From Macrostomum lignano (taxonomy: Eukaryota), in NCBI GenBank assembly GCA_002269645.1, contig NIVC01003149.1, positions 52,431 through 116,430 of the forward strand: a stretch of DNA of 64,000 bases, written 5' to 3'. The position numbers and the translations under genes are program-made. Shown piece after piece: positions 1-14,334 of this stretch (its first letter is position 1; each line of letters begins with the position of its first letter). The notes under the pieces were generated by a model that saw nothing but the letters and a program-made list of their open reading frames with translations, was not told the DNA's origin and searched no databases.

Positions 1-766
1 TCATCGACGCCTACACCCGATGGTTGGAGGCCATTCCGCTGATAGACATCTCTGCCGCATCTGTAGCTCAAGGATTCCTCAGCGCCTGGGTGTCACGCTT
101 TGGCCCACCCCTGACGCTCATTACGGACCAGGGTGCCCAATTCCGTGAAGAGCTCATGGAAGAGTTTACTAAGCTGTTCGGCATCCATCACATAAGAACC
201 TCAGCGTATAACCCCCGAGCCAATGGTCTAGTGGAGCGAGCACATCGCTCTCTGAAGGCTGCTCTTCGTGCGCGAGGTCGCTGTTGGTTACAACAACTGC
301 CGATTGTCCTACTCGGACTACGAATTCAACCTGATGATGCCGGCCACTGCCCATTCCCGGTGTAACAGGCGAGCAACCGATCGTACCACCGGTAGTCACA
401 GAGGATGCCAGCCTGAGCCAACTATCCAATCGTCTTCACAATCTGTTCTACCCCTACCGTCTGCCACGCACGCGCGCAACACCGGTGCACCTTCCGGACA
501 ACCTACAGAGCTGCAGCCACGTCTGGCTCCGGCTCGACCGTGTCCGTAAGCCGTTGGAAGCACCTTACCAAGGTCCATTTCCTGTTCTGCACCGTTCACC
601 GCTCACCTTTACACTCGACATCCGCGGGACACCTACGAGCGTTGCAATCGACCGCGTTAAACCAGCACGGTTGCCCACTCCCCAGCGCGATGAGCCTACC
701 AAGACCTCCGATACGGATGAGCCCATCCGAGCAAGGTTGAGACCCCGCCGTGTCACTTTTGCGTGA
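1..766 (+). mobile_element. Gypsy LTR retrotransposon remnant: integrase core and C-terminus, frameshifted near 355-362
   Basis: ITDQGAQF...YNPRANGLVERAHRSLK (D,D35E region); reading continues in another frame as VTGEQP...SCSHVWLRLDRVRKPLEAPYQGPF. Polypurine tract GGGAGGGGGGGG at 881-892. Confidence 0.9.
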
Positions 767-1069
767 ACTTTGTGTGGTTTGTGCCCCTATGGACACTAAG
801 AACATGTTCTTGTTTGTGCATGATGCTGTTTTCATGATGTTACTGTACCGAACCGATGCACATATAGTTATCTTCCTTTTGGGAGGGGGGGGTAGTTATA
901 GCACTATGTGTTTTAATATAACACTTCAACACTAAGTATGCTTCTATTGTCTATGGCAGTTGTTAATAATCAAATACAGTTCGACAGCGCGAAGCTAAGA
1001 AGCCAGAGCGGCATTTCCTATCGATAGCTTCACACTTTTGTTCCACTGCAATTATCTGCTTTTTCATAG

Positions 1070-4000
1070 TTGTAGCACCCGCTAAAAGGAATTGTCAGCG
1101 TCCTTTAACCCTATATACCCGACCTCACAACATCGCAGGTCTGTCAAGCGGTACACCCTCCCCAATCGAGCAGCCCTACAACATGCACGAGTCGTACGAT
1201 CAGCAGGCTAACATCACCATGATGGAGGGCGACGCGACACTGTTCTTTGCCACAGACAAAGGAAAATACGGGACTGGCCGATTGGCAAAGATTAACGACT
1301 TCTCGCGCGGTAAGATCTGCAGGATGAACTACGATTTTCTGTAGAAGAGCTTCCATAAGAATCTTTGCGCGGAATCTTTGTCGGAATGTCGCAAGAATGG
1401 GCCACTCGCTATCTGTGACTGTGTATTTCATTCACAGAGAGGTGAAACTAGCTCGTGGCGATAGACATTCAAGACGGTCAACAAGCGTTACTCATTCGTA
1501 GAATTAAAAAACTCAGATTGGTTTATTAGAAGCAGAAGGCTGTGTGCACCCTGGCGCACTTTAAGCGACATTGTCACACAACCGGCGAGAGGCATTACTG
1601 CCTATTCCGGCCGACTCCCCTGAGCAGGCACACAAGCGCGCGGATACGTACGCAGTCGTACGCACAGGCACAAACTCACACAGGAGTGTACAGCGGCCCT
1701 AACTTTATTTATCGTTTGGCATGTACACTTCACTGTGCCTTGGGGGGGGGGAGCAAATTAATGCAACTGCACTTGGAATCGAGCCTGGGTCGCTGGCACA
1801 CAAGAGCGCCGCACTAGACCAGTACTATGCTACGGCCCCCTCCAGAATGATTCAGTGATGTTGTAAAGGAAATGTTCTGTTTTACATTACTGTTAGGGTA
1901 TATTGATTGTGAATAACAGTAGAATTTTGCAAAGACACGCCAAGATATTTCGGTTTTGACCATAGACATAAACTCGGAACCAATGAAAGCCTATAGTTTG
2001 CTAGGCACTACACATTTTGACATGTACACGAGACTGTCTATCTGAGTGAAATTTAACAATATTACTCAATCCGCATCGCTACTTCAACCTTTCAGGCATA
2101 TCCTACATCAAGAATATGCACTATGGAAATTGTTCATTTGACAAGATCCCGGAGGACAGCTGGGATGCGACTATCACACCGGGTGGTGCCAGATTGAAAT
2201 CACCAGCGGAATTCTACTTTCCCAGTTTGAACGAATTGCAGTACAAAGGCAGCGTAAGTGTCTTTTAGTTGCCGTTGATACAACGGATTTTCCACGATCG
2301 AAAACCAAGCCATGCAAAAACCTTCAACACTACTTCTAAGGCTTCTGGTTTAAATGAAAAGCACAAATCTGTATTTAAGTTAGCTAGTAGATTTGAAGTA
2401 GAGAATAAATACAGTAGATTAGAAGTTCTATCACATTTATTAGAAGGTAGAAACATTAGATTAGATAGTGGAAACCTTTGATTAAATAGTGGAAAACTTA
2501 GATTATAGTGGAAACCTGAGATTATATAGTGAAAACCATAGATTAGATAGTGGACAACTTAGACTGGATAGTGGAAACCTGGGATTATATAGTGAAAACC
2601 ATAGAGTAGATAGGGAAAACAATGAGTAGATGGTGGAAACCATTGATTTGATCGTCGGTAACCAATAATTAGATTAGAGGATATAAACTTTAGTTTAGAA
2701 CCTATTTTAAAGTGAAGCTTATACATGTAGATTGTTAAATAGGAAAAAATAAAGGCCATAAAATAAATGCCGTCCAGGTCAATTATTATTAAAAAAGTTG
2801 CTAAAAATATTATTACAGGGTATTTATCGCGACACGGATGTTGATGTTTTCATTGGCTACAAGGATAACTACGTAGACATTGGCGACGGCAAGAAATACC
2901 CAGTGACTGTGGAATACTATCTTCAGATTGTAAGCTTAACCTTGGTTTTTGATGTTTTTATTTCGATATTATTACATACTACGAGTACTTACTAGCTCGA
3001 ATCAATGGAGTTTCTTCGTTACAGAAGACAACAAGCGACATGGACGGCAACCCGAAGTACGAAGCGGTTCCAAGAGGCATTTACTCAGCTGTAGCTCAAC
3101 CGGTAAACATTTTTAACTAAAAGATTAGGCTTACTTTACAGTACTTATAACAGTAGTAAAGCCACTACCAAACTCTTGGGGCAGAAAAGCTTTAGCACCC
3201 ACGAAGGGGGCTCAGGAGGCCAACCCCCAAGGCACAGACTTTATAAAGCCGGAAAATACTAACCACAACAGCAAAAGATCAGATGAAAATAGCAAATCAC
3301 TTTCTTAAAAAGTTTTATAATACGCTCGTAGCAAACAAGACTACGATGTCTAAGATGCTTCTTAGCCATGGTCAGTTCGCTCAAAATGTAACCGACATTC
3401 TTCTGTCGTTCGTTGGCATTGCGACCGAGACTGCCAGTGTACGTAACTCGTTGATGGCGTGCATAATTGTCACTTGTTTGCGCACTTTATAAACTGCACG
3501 AGGAATTGCCGTGCGTTTCACAGCCAGGAGGGCCAACTCCCAAGACACAGAGAGTGTACATGTCTGACGATTTGAAGTCAAAGCCGCTGTACACTGTGTG
3601 AGCGTTTGCACGAGTGCTTGTCAGAGAGTCCCCAGAGTTCGCCGAAGGCGTTCCCGCCATCTATTACTATTAGTATTATTATTAACCTCAAACTGCAGCT
3701 TCGCATCTACACAATGACGGACGTCTTTGACTACAACACTAAGCTGCCTCGAGTTTACGAGCACGACATCTCAGACTGTTTCAGCAGCACCGATGAGCAG
3801 CATTTTGAGCTGATTCTGACGACTTGTGAGTGAAAAGATGAATTGAAAATATGTTGAGCCCCTGACAGTCCAATAAATTTGCAATCATTTTTAGCCGGGA
3901 TCAGTGACGAATCGCACATGAAATATCTGAAGAGTCATCTCAACGAGTTTTTCTACTCACTCGTGGCCGGCATCTCCAAGGCGATTAATATCTCGCCGTT

Positions 4001-5779
4001 GAGAGTTCTGGAGCCTAAGGTTAGTTACAATTTTATTTGAAATCACTTAACTTGTATTCTATTCACTTAGAACCAGTCAAAGTCATACCTCATAGTTCAA
4101 AATAGAACCGAAGCAACGTCATCGGTAATTCAGTACCGCTACTCATATTGACAACAGTAGTGTAGCCAGGGTCTTTCACTTTGGTTTTCGGCTTTAGAAC
4201 CAGGGGCTTTAGCACCAGGGGCTTTAGCACCAGGGGCTTTAGCACCAGGGGCTTTAGCACCAGGGGCTTTAGCACCCGCGGCTTTAGCACCAGGGGCTTT
4301 AGCACCAGGGGCTTTAGCACCAGCGGCTTTAGCACCAGGGGCTTTAGCACCAGGGGCTTTAGCACCAGGAGCTTTAGCACCAGGGGCTTTAGCACCAGGG
4401 GCTTTAGCACCAGGAGCTTTAGCACCAGTGGCTTTAGCACCAGCGGCTTTAGCACCAGGGGCTTTGGCACCAGCGGCTTTAGCACCAGGGGCTTTAGCAC
4501 CAGGGGCGTTAGCACCAGGGGCGCAGTCACCAACCAGACATTGTTTAACCGGTGCCCTTAGCCATGACGTACATTGTTACATGTACTAATCATACAATTT
4601 CACCTCCCACACCTTAGCTAAGTCTGTTCGCTGAGCCGCTGATGCTTGTCGAAGTGACAATTAGCGAGCGCGCGAATGTGCCCGGCTACACGCCAAGCCA
4701 GCCGGAGTCAACTCTGGCCGAGGTTGCGCCCAAACTGACTGAGGCAATCAATAAGAAAACTCTATACGTTCAGATTCTTGATGGCGAGATTATGTTTGAC
4801 ATACCTGTTAATGACTTTGTTCAGATGGATGCGAGAAGGTATTTATTCGCATCGTTATGAATTTTAATTAAGTATTCGACCGTATGCACTTGTGCACGCT
4901 ATATAACTTGTTCAAAAATGCTAATTTCAGGACTGAAAAAACGGAATCGCAAGGAGGACTGTCTCCAGGTAAAATCAATGTCTTGTGTGTTTTTGGAAAG
5001 CAAGAAAGTCTTCATCTTTAATATGGGGCACTGAGACGTTAGAAAAGCGCCGAGACCGACACCTATGCATGACACCGGGATAGACACTTGGGCACCAGGA
5101 TATTCATATAGCACAATCTGGATAGACACTTAGACATCAGGATGGACATATAGAACAACCAAAGAGACACTTGGACATAAGGACAGACACCTTGGACACC
5201 AAGGATAGACATATAAAACAATATGGATAGACACTTGGACACCATGATTGCCATATAAAACAATCTGGATAGACGCTTGGACATCAAGATAGACACTTTG
5301 GACACCGGGATAAAGACTTGGACACCCGGATAGACACTTGGAAACCAGGATAGACATATAAAACAAACAAGATAAACACTTGGACACCAGGATAGACACT
5401 TTGGACACCAGGATAAAGACGTGGACACTAGGATAGATACTTGGACACCGGGATAAAGACGTGGACACTAGGATAGATATTTGAACACCGGGATAAAGAC
5501 GTGGACACTAGGATAGAGACTTGGAAACCAGGATAGCCATATAAAACAACCAGGATAGAGAGAAGATGATGGCATATCAAAGAATGCTTCCGAAGAAGGA
5601 TCTTTAAACCAGCATTCTCAAACCAAACTCACGAAATCTAAGGAGCCGCAGCAGGTCTCAGCATTGGCATGCTCATACTCGGTGCACTGATCGCCCTGCT
5701 GGTGATCTTCGGTCTGAGTTACTTCCGCAACAACTCTGTGTTCGGCTTCAAGCCGTTTGGAAACGGCGCCGAAGGCTGA
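1070..5779 (+). CDS. Spliced type I membrane protein, 5' partial; ectodomain resembles the metazoan LolA-like/ependymin-related fold. Exons 1070-1309, 2096-2253, 2819-2929, 3025-3102, 3699-3825, 3895-4019, 4618-4838, 4931-4968, 5643-5779
   Basis: All eight introns are GT-AG and phase-compatible, giving one open frame: ...NDFSRGISYIKNMHYGNCSFDKIP...YKGSGIYRDTDVDVF...HDISDCF...ISPLRV...GGLSPGAAAGLSIGMLILGALIALLVIFGLSYFR...stop. The C-terminal TM helix is clear; the domain name is from recalled motif similarity only. Confidence 0.85.
2455..2650. repeat. Degenerate ~20-bp tandem repeat (GATTAGATAGTGGAAACC) in intron
   Basis: Repeated GATAGTGGAAAC/TATAGTGAAAAC units. Confidence 0.75.
4195..4520. 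repeat. 15-bp minisatellite (GGCTTTAGCACCAGG)n in intron
   Basis: About 21 near-perfect units; source of the STRGF/LKPLV ORFs. Confidence 0.97.
5075..5545. repeat. Degenerate ~20-21-bp minisatellite (GGACACCAGGATAGACACTT) in intron
   Basis: Repeated GGATAGACA/GGACACCAGG units. Confidence 0.9.
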
Positions 5780-6292
5780 GAGAGAATGTGCTTCGCTGGT
5801 GATTATTCGTTTAAACAAACCCGTTATAGCTATTATTCGTGTGAGCTCAGATGTTAAAAAATTAACTTTGATAAACAAAATCAACATGAGCCAGTTTTCG
5901 AAAAGTAATAAACATTTTTCAAACCGATAACATTCGCTAGACTTAATATTTCAACAATATCAATAAATTGATAAATATACTAGTATACTCGTTTCTGGCG
6001 TTTCTAGTTAACATAGAAATGTTTTGACAATTTCAACGCTTCACTTTGTTTATTGACTTGTATGGATCACAATACTAAACGTTTCCGACGTGAATTGACT
6101 TCGCTAAAAATGTGGGTAATTTTACTTTTCCTTTGAATAGGTGTTACACTTCTTTATGATACTGACCAATATACGAGCTAGAGTATCGGGGAGTATTTTC
6201 ATAAGACTGAAATTTTCACAGCGTCGAAAAAAGTATTGCTGATCACTTCCGCCGTCTCATACTGAGCCGATTTCGACGATATGACGTTACAA

Positions 6293-6830
6293 GCTGTGAT
6301 GTTTCGAGTCTGTGATGTTTCGAGCTTGTGATGTTTCGAGCTTGTGATGTTTCGAGTATGTGATGTGATGTTTAGAATCTGTGATGTTTCGAGCTTGTGA
6401 TGTTTCGAGTATGTGATGTGATGTTTAGAATCTGTGATGTGATGTTTCGAGTATGTGATGTGATGTTTAGAATCTGTGATGTGATGTTTCGAGTATGTGA
6501 TGTGATGCTTCGAGTTTGTGATGTGATGTTTCGAGTTGTGATGTTTCGAGTATGTGATGTGATGTTTAGAATCTGTGATGTGATGTTTCGAGTATGTGAT
6601 GTGATGCTTCGAGTTTGTGATGTGATGTTTCGAGTTGTGATGTTTCGAGTATGTGATGTGATGTTTAGAATCTGTGATGTGATGTTTCGAGTATGTGATG
6701 TGATGCTTCGAGTTTGTGATGTGATGTTTCGAGTTGTGATGTTTCGAGTCTGTGATGTGATGTTTAGAGCCTGTGATGTTTTGAGTCGGCGATGTAGACG
6801 TTTCAAGTGACGTGATGCTTTGAGCTTGTA
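6293..6830. repeat. Compound minisatellite (TGTGATGTGATGTTTCGAG) with a 99-bp higher-order unit
   Basis: Translated periodicity MFRVCDV-MFRICDV-MFRVCDV-MLRVCDV-MFRVV (33 codons) recurs. Confidence 0.93.
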
Positions 6831-7464
6831 AATCGACCCCCTTCAAAAAAGAAGTTGTCTGTCCAATGCGACAATGAGACATTTTAAAGAATGGCCTTCA
6901 ATTTCTGTAGAAATCTTGCTGTCCAAAAACATATCATTATTTTAATCATACAGTACTATTAGTACAAGTACAATACAATACTAGGCAACAATTGATTAAA
7001 ATTAGTTTAATTCAGTTGAGTTCTATATTTAGCATTTTACGCGCTGCGTTAAAATATCTGCTGCACTTAAAGCAGCACTAATGAAATGCGCTGCCCCGCG
7101 GCACTGTGCTCGCAGTGACAGAAAATCTATGGTGTACAAAAGCTAATGTACACCAAACTAAACTGCGGGAGGGGGTCTGAGTGAGACAAGAAAGAGAGAA
7201 AAGAGAAATGGCTGGCAAAGCAACGGGTTAAAAGCACAATTATCGTCAGCAACGCGAGTGCATACATGAATAGGCTTACAAAAGTGGGTGGATTTCGAAC
7301 AAGCTAGAAGGATAGAACTGACAGAATTGAAAGCGCATTCTCCGCTTTGCCGACCCAGTAAGTGACCAAAGATTAATATTTAAAGACAATTCTCTCGACA
7401 AGGCAAGGTACAGAAATTTCATCTTAATTGTGTTGCTGAACGTCGCTACAGGTGACCGTGAACT

Positions 7465-8389
<925 letters not shown>

Positions 8390-8424
8390 AATTTTTTTAA
8401 TATTAAGTTTAGACTTGCGCATTG

Positions 8425-8975
<551 letters not shown>

Positions 8976-9264
8976 TATCTTTTATCTATAATATACTAAA
9001 GTATCTAGTAATTAGATTGAAGTACTACCATTACTATCTCGAAAAGCTTTTGAATAGCGCTAGGGCTTTCATTATTTTTTTGCTTAGTTAGATAGATAAG
9101 CCGTGAAACACTACAATAGACATTAAGCCAAGCTTCATTAAATTGCATGTAGATAAGCCCAAACGAAAATCAACCAGTGTACAGCACTCTTTAACCATCG
9201 AGGCATGGTTGAGGTCAAATTTCGTATTTTACTAGAATCTCACTGCAAATAAAATCAATCGCAG

Positions 9265-9652
9265 GTGTTCCACAGAAGTTTCATGCGCCGCCACATCATC
9301 GAACGCTGAGGAAAGTACATGTAGTGCGTCTCAATCAGACGTGGTTACAAATGCCGACAATCCCGCGGCAGGGGACAAAGTCGACGATGACGATAAATTC
9401 ACTTTTAAACCGCCGCGTCCGCCGAAATATCGACCTGCAAAGAATGGAGCTCAATTGGCCCTGAAGCACACGCGCAGCTTTCTGAAGGTGCTGACGGTCC
9501 AGGCTCTGGTTCGTCTGGCAGCCGTGCCGCTGCACAGGTGCGGCCTGCAGGCCGACAATTTACGACGCATTGGGCGCCAGTTGAAGGGCAAAAAGGAACG
9601 ACGCAACGAGGCGACCAAGACTAATGACAATGCTAATGTTGCCGCAGCTTAA
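9265..9652 (+). CDS. Possible terminal coding exon of an unknown gene
   Basis: GC-rich open frame after cgcag| acceptor: CSTEVSCAATSSNAEE...DDDDKFTFKPPRPPKYRPAK...stop. No upstream partner exon identified. Confidence 0.35.
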
Positions 9653-10249
9653 GCAGCGTCGCCGCTTAGTGCAGTGCTCTGACAGCAGAGACTCTGTAAT
9701 GAGTAATACCGAATGGAAAGACTAAAAACTTTTTTTATTGAAAAATACCAAAATATTGGAGCTTATTGTACGGAAAGGAATCATGTTTAAAACAAAATAA
9801 AAACTTTTTTTACTTTAAAAAAGGCTTGACTGTCTTTATCTACTACGATTTCGAAAGAAAAAATCATCGCTTACCATGCCTGCTTAGAGCCAACGGAAAC
9901 GTGATTTTTTGTTAGATAGCTTTACTTTAACGCTTGGAACTCGCTGCATAAACAAACAAATCGCATTGCTTGCTATCGATAGGACTTGGCAAAATGATCT
10001 AATATATGTCTATGCATATTTCTTTGGTGGTTTTTTGTTTGTTAAAAAGAGCTTCATTTGCGATTTTTATCTTCAAATGCGTGAAGTTTGGAGTTTGTTT
10101 CTTTATTTAACTGCCTGGCGTCTGTTCGATTTCGGATTCTCTCGGTGTAGCTAACTGGCATAGTTAAGATGAGGATCGTTAGTTTTGACTTTTTTACAAT
10201 CTACAAAGTCTCTACAGACCAGCACCTCGCTGAAAAATTGAACAAGATT

Positions 10250-10760
10250 GGAAGAACAGAATGTCAAGGACATTCCCTACTTAGTTGCCGCCCCTTGATG
10301 TTGATTCTGGCGCAATCACCGTAAGAGTCAAGAATAGCAGGATGGAATACCATTTCAATAGTTGTTTTGAAATTCAAAATACCATTTCAAAATGGTGCTC
10401 AAGGATTTCCAGATTCTTTCTGTCAGAAAAGGGGGCCCTACACAGAGGGGACACCTTCAAGGTATCTATAAATCTGTTATTGAGACAGACGTCTAAGCTG
10501 ACTATTGCATTGTTGGAATTGTCGTAATCTTAATTAGTATCAGAGATTTTTAGGGTATTTTATTAGACGACTGCATGTAGCCAGTCCTCTGCGACACTCG
10601 GGTACATCGTACCATGAACAAATGGTATTGTCAATATTATTAAGCCCAGTTTCTGAGAAGAGACCAATACTAATATTTGTATTGTACAACCACATTTTAC
10701 TGTCATTAATCTTTTTGTTCAGCTTGTTACAATTTAAATTCCCAATATTGAGGGTTCAAT
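10250..10760 (-). mobile_element. Highly degenerate APE-type endonuclease remnant of a non-LTR retrotransposon
   Basis: Minus strand reads TLNIGNLNCNKLNKKINDSKMWLYNTNISIGLFSETGL, like the APE N-terminal motifs (xNxxGL...xSETWL); stops and frameshifts follow. Confidence 0.55.
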
Positions 10761-11584
10761 TCTACGAGTATTGCTGTCAGTAGCCATATCGAAATTTAAT
10801 TTAGCTCGTATAACTCAGTTCAGGACTCGGTTCTGCTTCCGCACATCGAGGTGGCTTCAGCTTCACCTACCCTGACTGCGGGCTCTCTCGGGCAAAAGAA
10901 GGTCGCCAGGACTTCACTCGAAGGGCCCCGAATTGATCTCAAGAGCCCGTTGATTTCTTTATCTTTTGGTGCGGCAAGTATTAAGTTCAAATCTTGATGA
11001 CTATCTATCTGTGAATACATTATAGTCTGTGTTGTGAAACAGTTCTTATACAGACTTGATTCTTACGTTATGAAGGTTTTTAGGACAGCATCTAGTAGCG
11101 TTAGTAGCGTCAGTGGCAGCGTTACTTGTAGAAATGGAATTTAGGACTATTTAGGGACTATCTATTGCATTTTGTACAAAATTCGACTACTGAGAGTACA
11201 TGTAGTTTTAATAAGCAGTTTGTACAGTTATTTTTTGTCTTTTACTATTAATTTGGTAGTTTGAATTGCTTTCATTAGTTTTAAGTAACTGAGACCGCGA
11301 CTCTCCAAGTGAGTATATGGTGTAGCTAACCATTCTTTGTGACCCTAGATACTCCTTTTTTATAACTTATGCTAGAAGATCTACATGTATTCGTTAAGTT
11401 ACTCTTCTCTGCAGTAAAACAAATCTGCGATCATTTCTTATTTATCAGGCAAAACTAACAGAACTATTTTTTTATTAACTACGTTTCCTTTGTTACTAAA
11501 CGTCTAATAAATGACAGAAGCTATACAAAATTCATTTAACTTCTATAATTTACATTTCGAGTACATTGTTTTACTGTAATATTC

Positions 11585-11798
11585 TTAAAAATTTTGATCC
11601 CTTATAGAAACCAATAATTTTGCTTCAGGGCTATAAAACATGGCGCCTGCGGCACCAAAATGAGTGCCTGTGGTGCCAAAATGATCCCTGACAACACCGA
11701 TTCGGAAAGTAATGTACTTGTAAGAATTTAGCATGTGCATGTACATGTAGAATTCTTGACTTTGTCTCTCCACCATAAAATTCATGGCGACGCCCCTG
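11585..11798. mobile_element. Partial copy of the CAGGGGCGTCGCCA-ended MITE family, with 2 units of the 21-bp repeat
   Basis: GCCTGCGGCACCAAAATGAGT units, ACACCGATTC motif and terminal ATGGCGACGCCCCTG. Confidence 0.75.
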
Positions 11799-12250
11799 GG
11801 AACAGGTGACAGTCGGTAAGCAGCTTCAGAGCTCAAAGAGAGCCCTATGGCTGGAACTCTCACCAGATCGATTTTTTTTTCTAGAAGTAAACAGCCTAGA
11901 AGGGACAGCCTTGCGAGTGAGCCGAAGAAGACAGAAAGTGCAACCTATTCAAAGGATAATTGCACTAAAGCAGCAAGAGCGTCGCTGAAGGATGATTTTC
12001 TATAGGATTTTCTTGAGCCATTAACAGTTCAAGAAAAAAGCTGCAAACAAGCGACGACGTCGTGACGCAAAAGAACCCAAATCCAGTTTTGCTTCAATCA
12101 GCATTCCCAGAGGAAACTGCAATTGACTATGACGCCATGCATAAAAGCGTCATGCATCCGGGACAATTTGCTGAGAAACTGTTTACTATTGTCTCTGAAA
12201 ACCGAAAGACGAGAAAATGAAAGCATGCAGTCTATATTTATATTAGAATG

Positions 12251-14334
12251 TGATGTAACCGCCCTTGTCGCCTGTCCGCTCCGTTGAGAGACGAACGCGT
12301 GACCAGAGGGGGCAATGACCGTAGGCTGCCTATGACCGGGCAATGACCTGACGGACCTCCAGCACCAGACTGTCCCGCCCACATGATTGATAGCTTTGGT
12401 AGCGCTTCGTGACCAGAGGGCCAAGGACCCACATGGACCCCACCTGTAGCCAAGGTGCAATAGTTAGTCACTCGGTCATGGTATGACCGAGTGGCTGCCA
12501 CCACTCTATGTGACCTGGCGCATCTGGATCTTACTACCAGACCTCTCGAGGCTACAGCCCCGCCTGGGATGATTACCAGGGGATTTAGGCTAACAGGGGA
12601 GACACATGCAGCCGAGTACAGGGACTCTGCTTGAGGCATGATCGGGAACTCTGGGCTCAATCTGGAGGATTTCTCAGCAAGGGATTCTTTGTGGCTGTGA
12701 GCGAGGCTGACTTGCGACTTTGATTACTAAGAGTAGTGTGAGGCGAACATGTACTGTCTCTAGTTTAGATTGCTCAGGGCGAAGGGACACGTCAGCATGG
12801 GATTGCAACCTTCCTACTGCCATTCTGTGCCAAGACTCGCTAATTCCTTCTACTGCACGCACACACGGCCCCGCGGCACGCACTCACAGGCGAGCTTTGC
12901 ACGGGGAGAATCCATTAGTTTACCCAAACTTCCCTATGCTTTGCCTACCCGGGAGAAAGGCTTAGCAAGCCATGAGTGAAATGATGGTGAAAGAGTGAAT
13001 AATGATGAGGTTAGTTAATAGTTAATATTTAGGCCCTTAGGCAAATAATCAGGCAATTAGGCGGCTTCACTATTGAGTAAAAGTACAGCAAAAGATACGG
13101 TATCACAATTGGCTCAGCTCTCGAATCAAGCAATGGCGAAGTAGGCAAACCCCGGATAAGCAAAGGCAATTAGAGCACAAATTAGTAACAGGAACTTACC
13201 GGCAGCTGCACAGAGAGAGAGCGAGAGAGAGCGATGGAGTGACCGGGGGCGGCTGTAGGCTGCAGTCAGGCAGACAGTGAAGCGGCGATGCGCTGAGGTG
13301 ACGAGGCGCTGATGTAGATCAGGCGATGCTGATGATGCTGGGCGGTATCAGACCGCTGGCCGATAGGCGAGCTCACTTGGGGAGCTAAGATAACTTGGCG
13401 GTAACAGACCGCGGACCGGCAGAGGTTCGTCCTATAGACGAATGGGTCAGAGCTACGTCTGACAGCGAGTCCACAGTAGGACGAGAAGGAACGCGTAACC
13501 TCGCAGTTCTGAGGATTCTCATGCCGAAAACCGCTTCCTTATAAAGCTTTCCCAGCCACCGCTCCAAGGTCGTTTCCATGAATCCCTCTCTCTGATTGGC
13601 TGCCGGCAGAATGACGTCAGAATGAGTCATGATGAGAAGCATGAGAACGGCATAGTAATACGAGAAATGGGAGAATTGCGCAATCCGGAGGTGGGGTGGG
13701 GGGGATAATTGGCGCAGCGGGAGGTCGCGAAAGTGAAAAGGTGATAATTAGGTGCGAAAACGAGAACAAAAGAAAGAGAAAATCGGAGAAAATGTGATAA
13801 TTGGTGGGGATAAAGAGAACAAAAGAATCAAAAACGAGAACAATAGAAGCGGAGGTGGGGTGGGTGTCGCATGAGAAATTTGGGGTGGAGAACAATGGCA
13901 TGAGAAAATGTTGCGCAAGAGAGGGGGATGAGTCATCGATGAGTCATCGAGGGGAAGAAGGGGTCACACGACTTGCTTCACCGTTTGGTAGTTTGAGAAG
14001 GGATGGTGGCACAGTGAGCGCGCAAAATACTGTAAGTAGACGCAGGAAAAGGGGGGATAGCGCAGGAAAATAGTGCGAAAAAGGGCAAAAAGAAGGGAGA
14101 CAGGGGAGGTACAGAGAGAATAGGGTGGAGCGCAGAGTAGATAGGGTAGAGGGGGAGGTACAGAGAGGGGTAGGGAGCTCCGGAAAGGCAAGTGTGTCGG
14201 CAGGGGAGACGGAGCCAAGGCAGCAGGGGGTGCAGCAGAGCGGGAGTCTGCAGGTCTGGTCGAAGACCTGGCCCAGTCTCGACAGCTCCGTGCAGAAGGT
14301 ACACGGCGATGGGAGGCACTTTTGAAAGAAGTTC
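12251..14334 (-). mobile_element. Solo-LTR-like element, copy A; one end truncated; inverted relative to 51597-53808
   Basis: Starts TGATGTAACCGCCCTTGTCG and aligns by eye with the reverse complement of 51597-53808; homology stops at about GAAAGAAGTTC (14334). Confidence 0.85.

Noticed and set aside
893-934. TAGT...ACTA as a complete 3' LTR of the first Gypsy remnant
   Set aside because: Follows the PPT but is only 42 bp, and the 5' LTR is outside the window, so it cannot be confirmed
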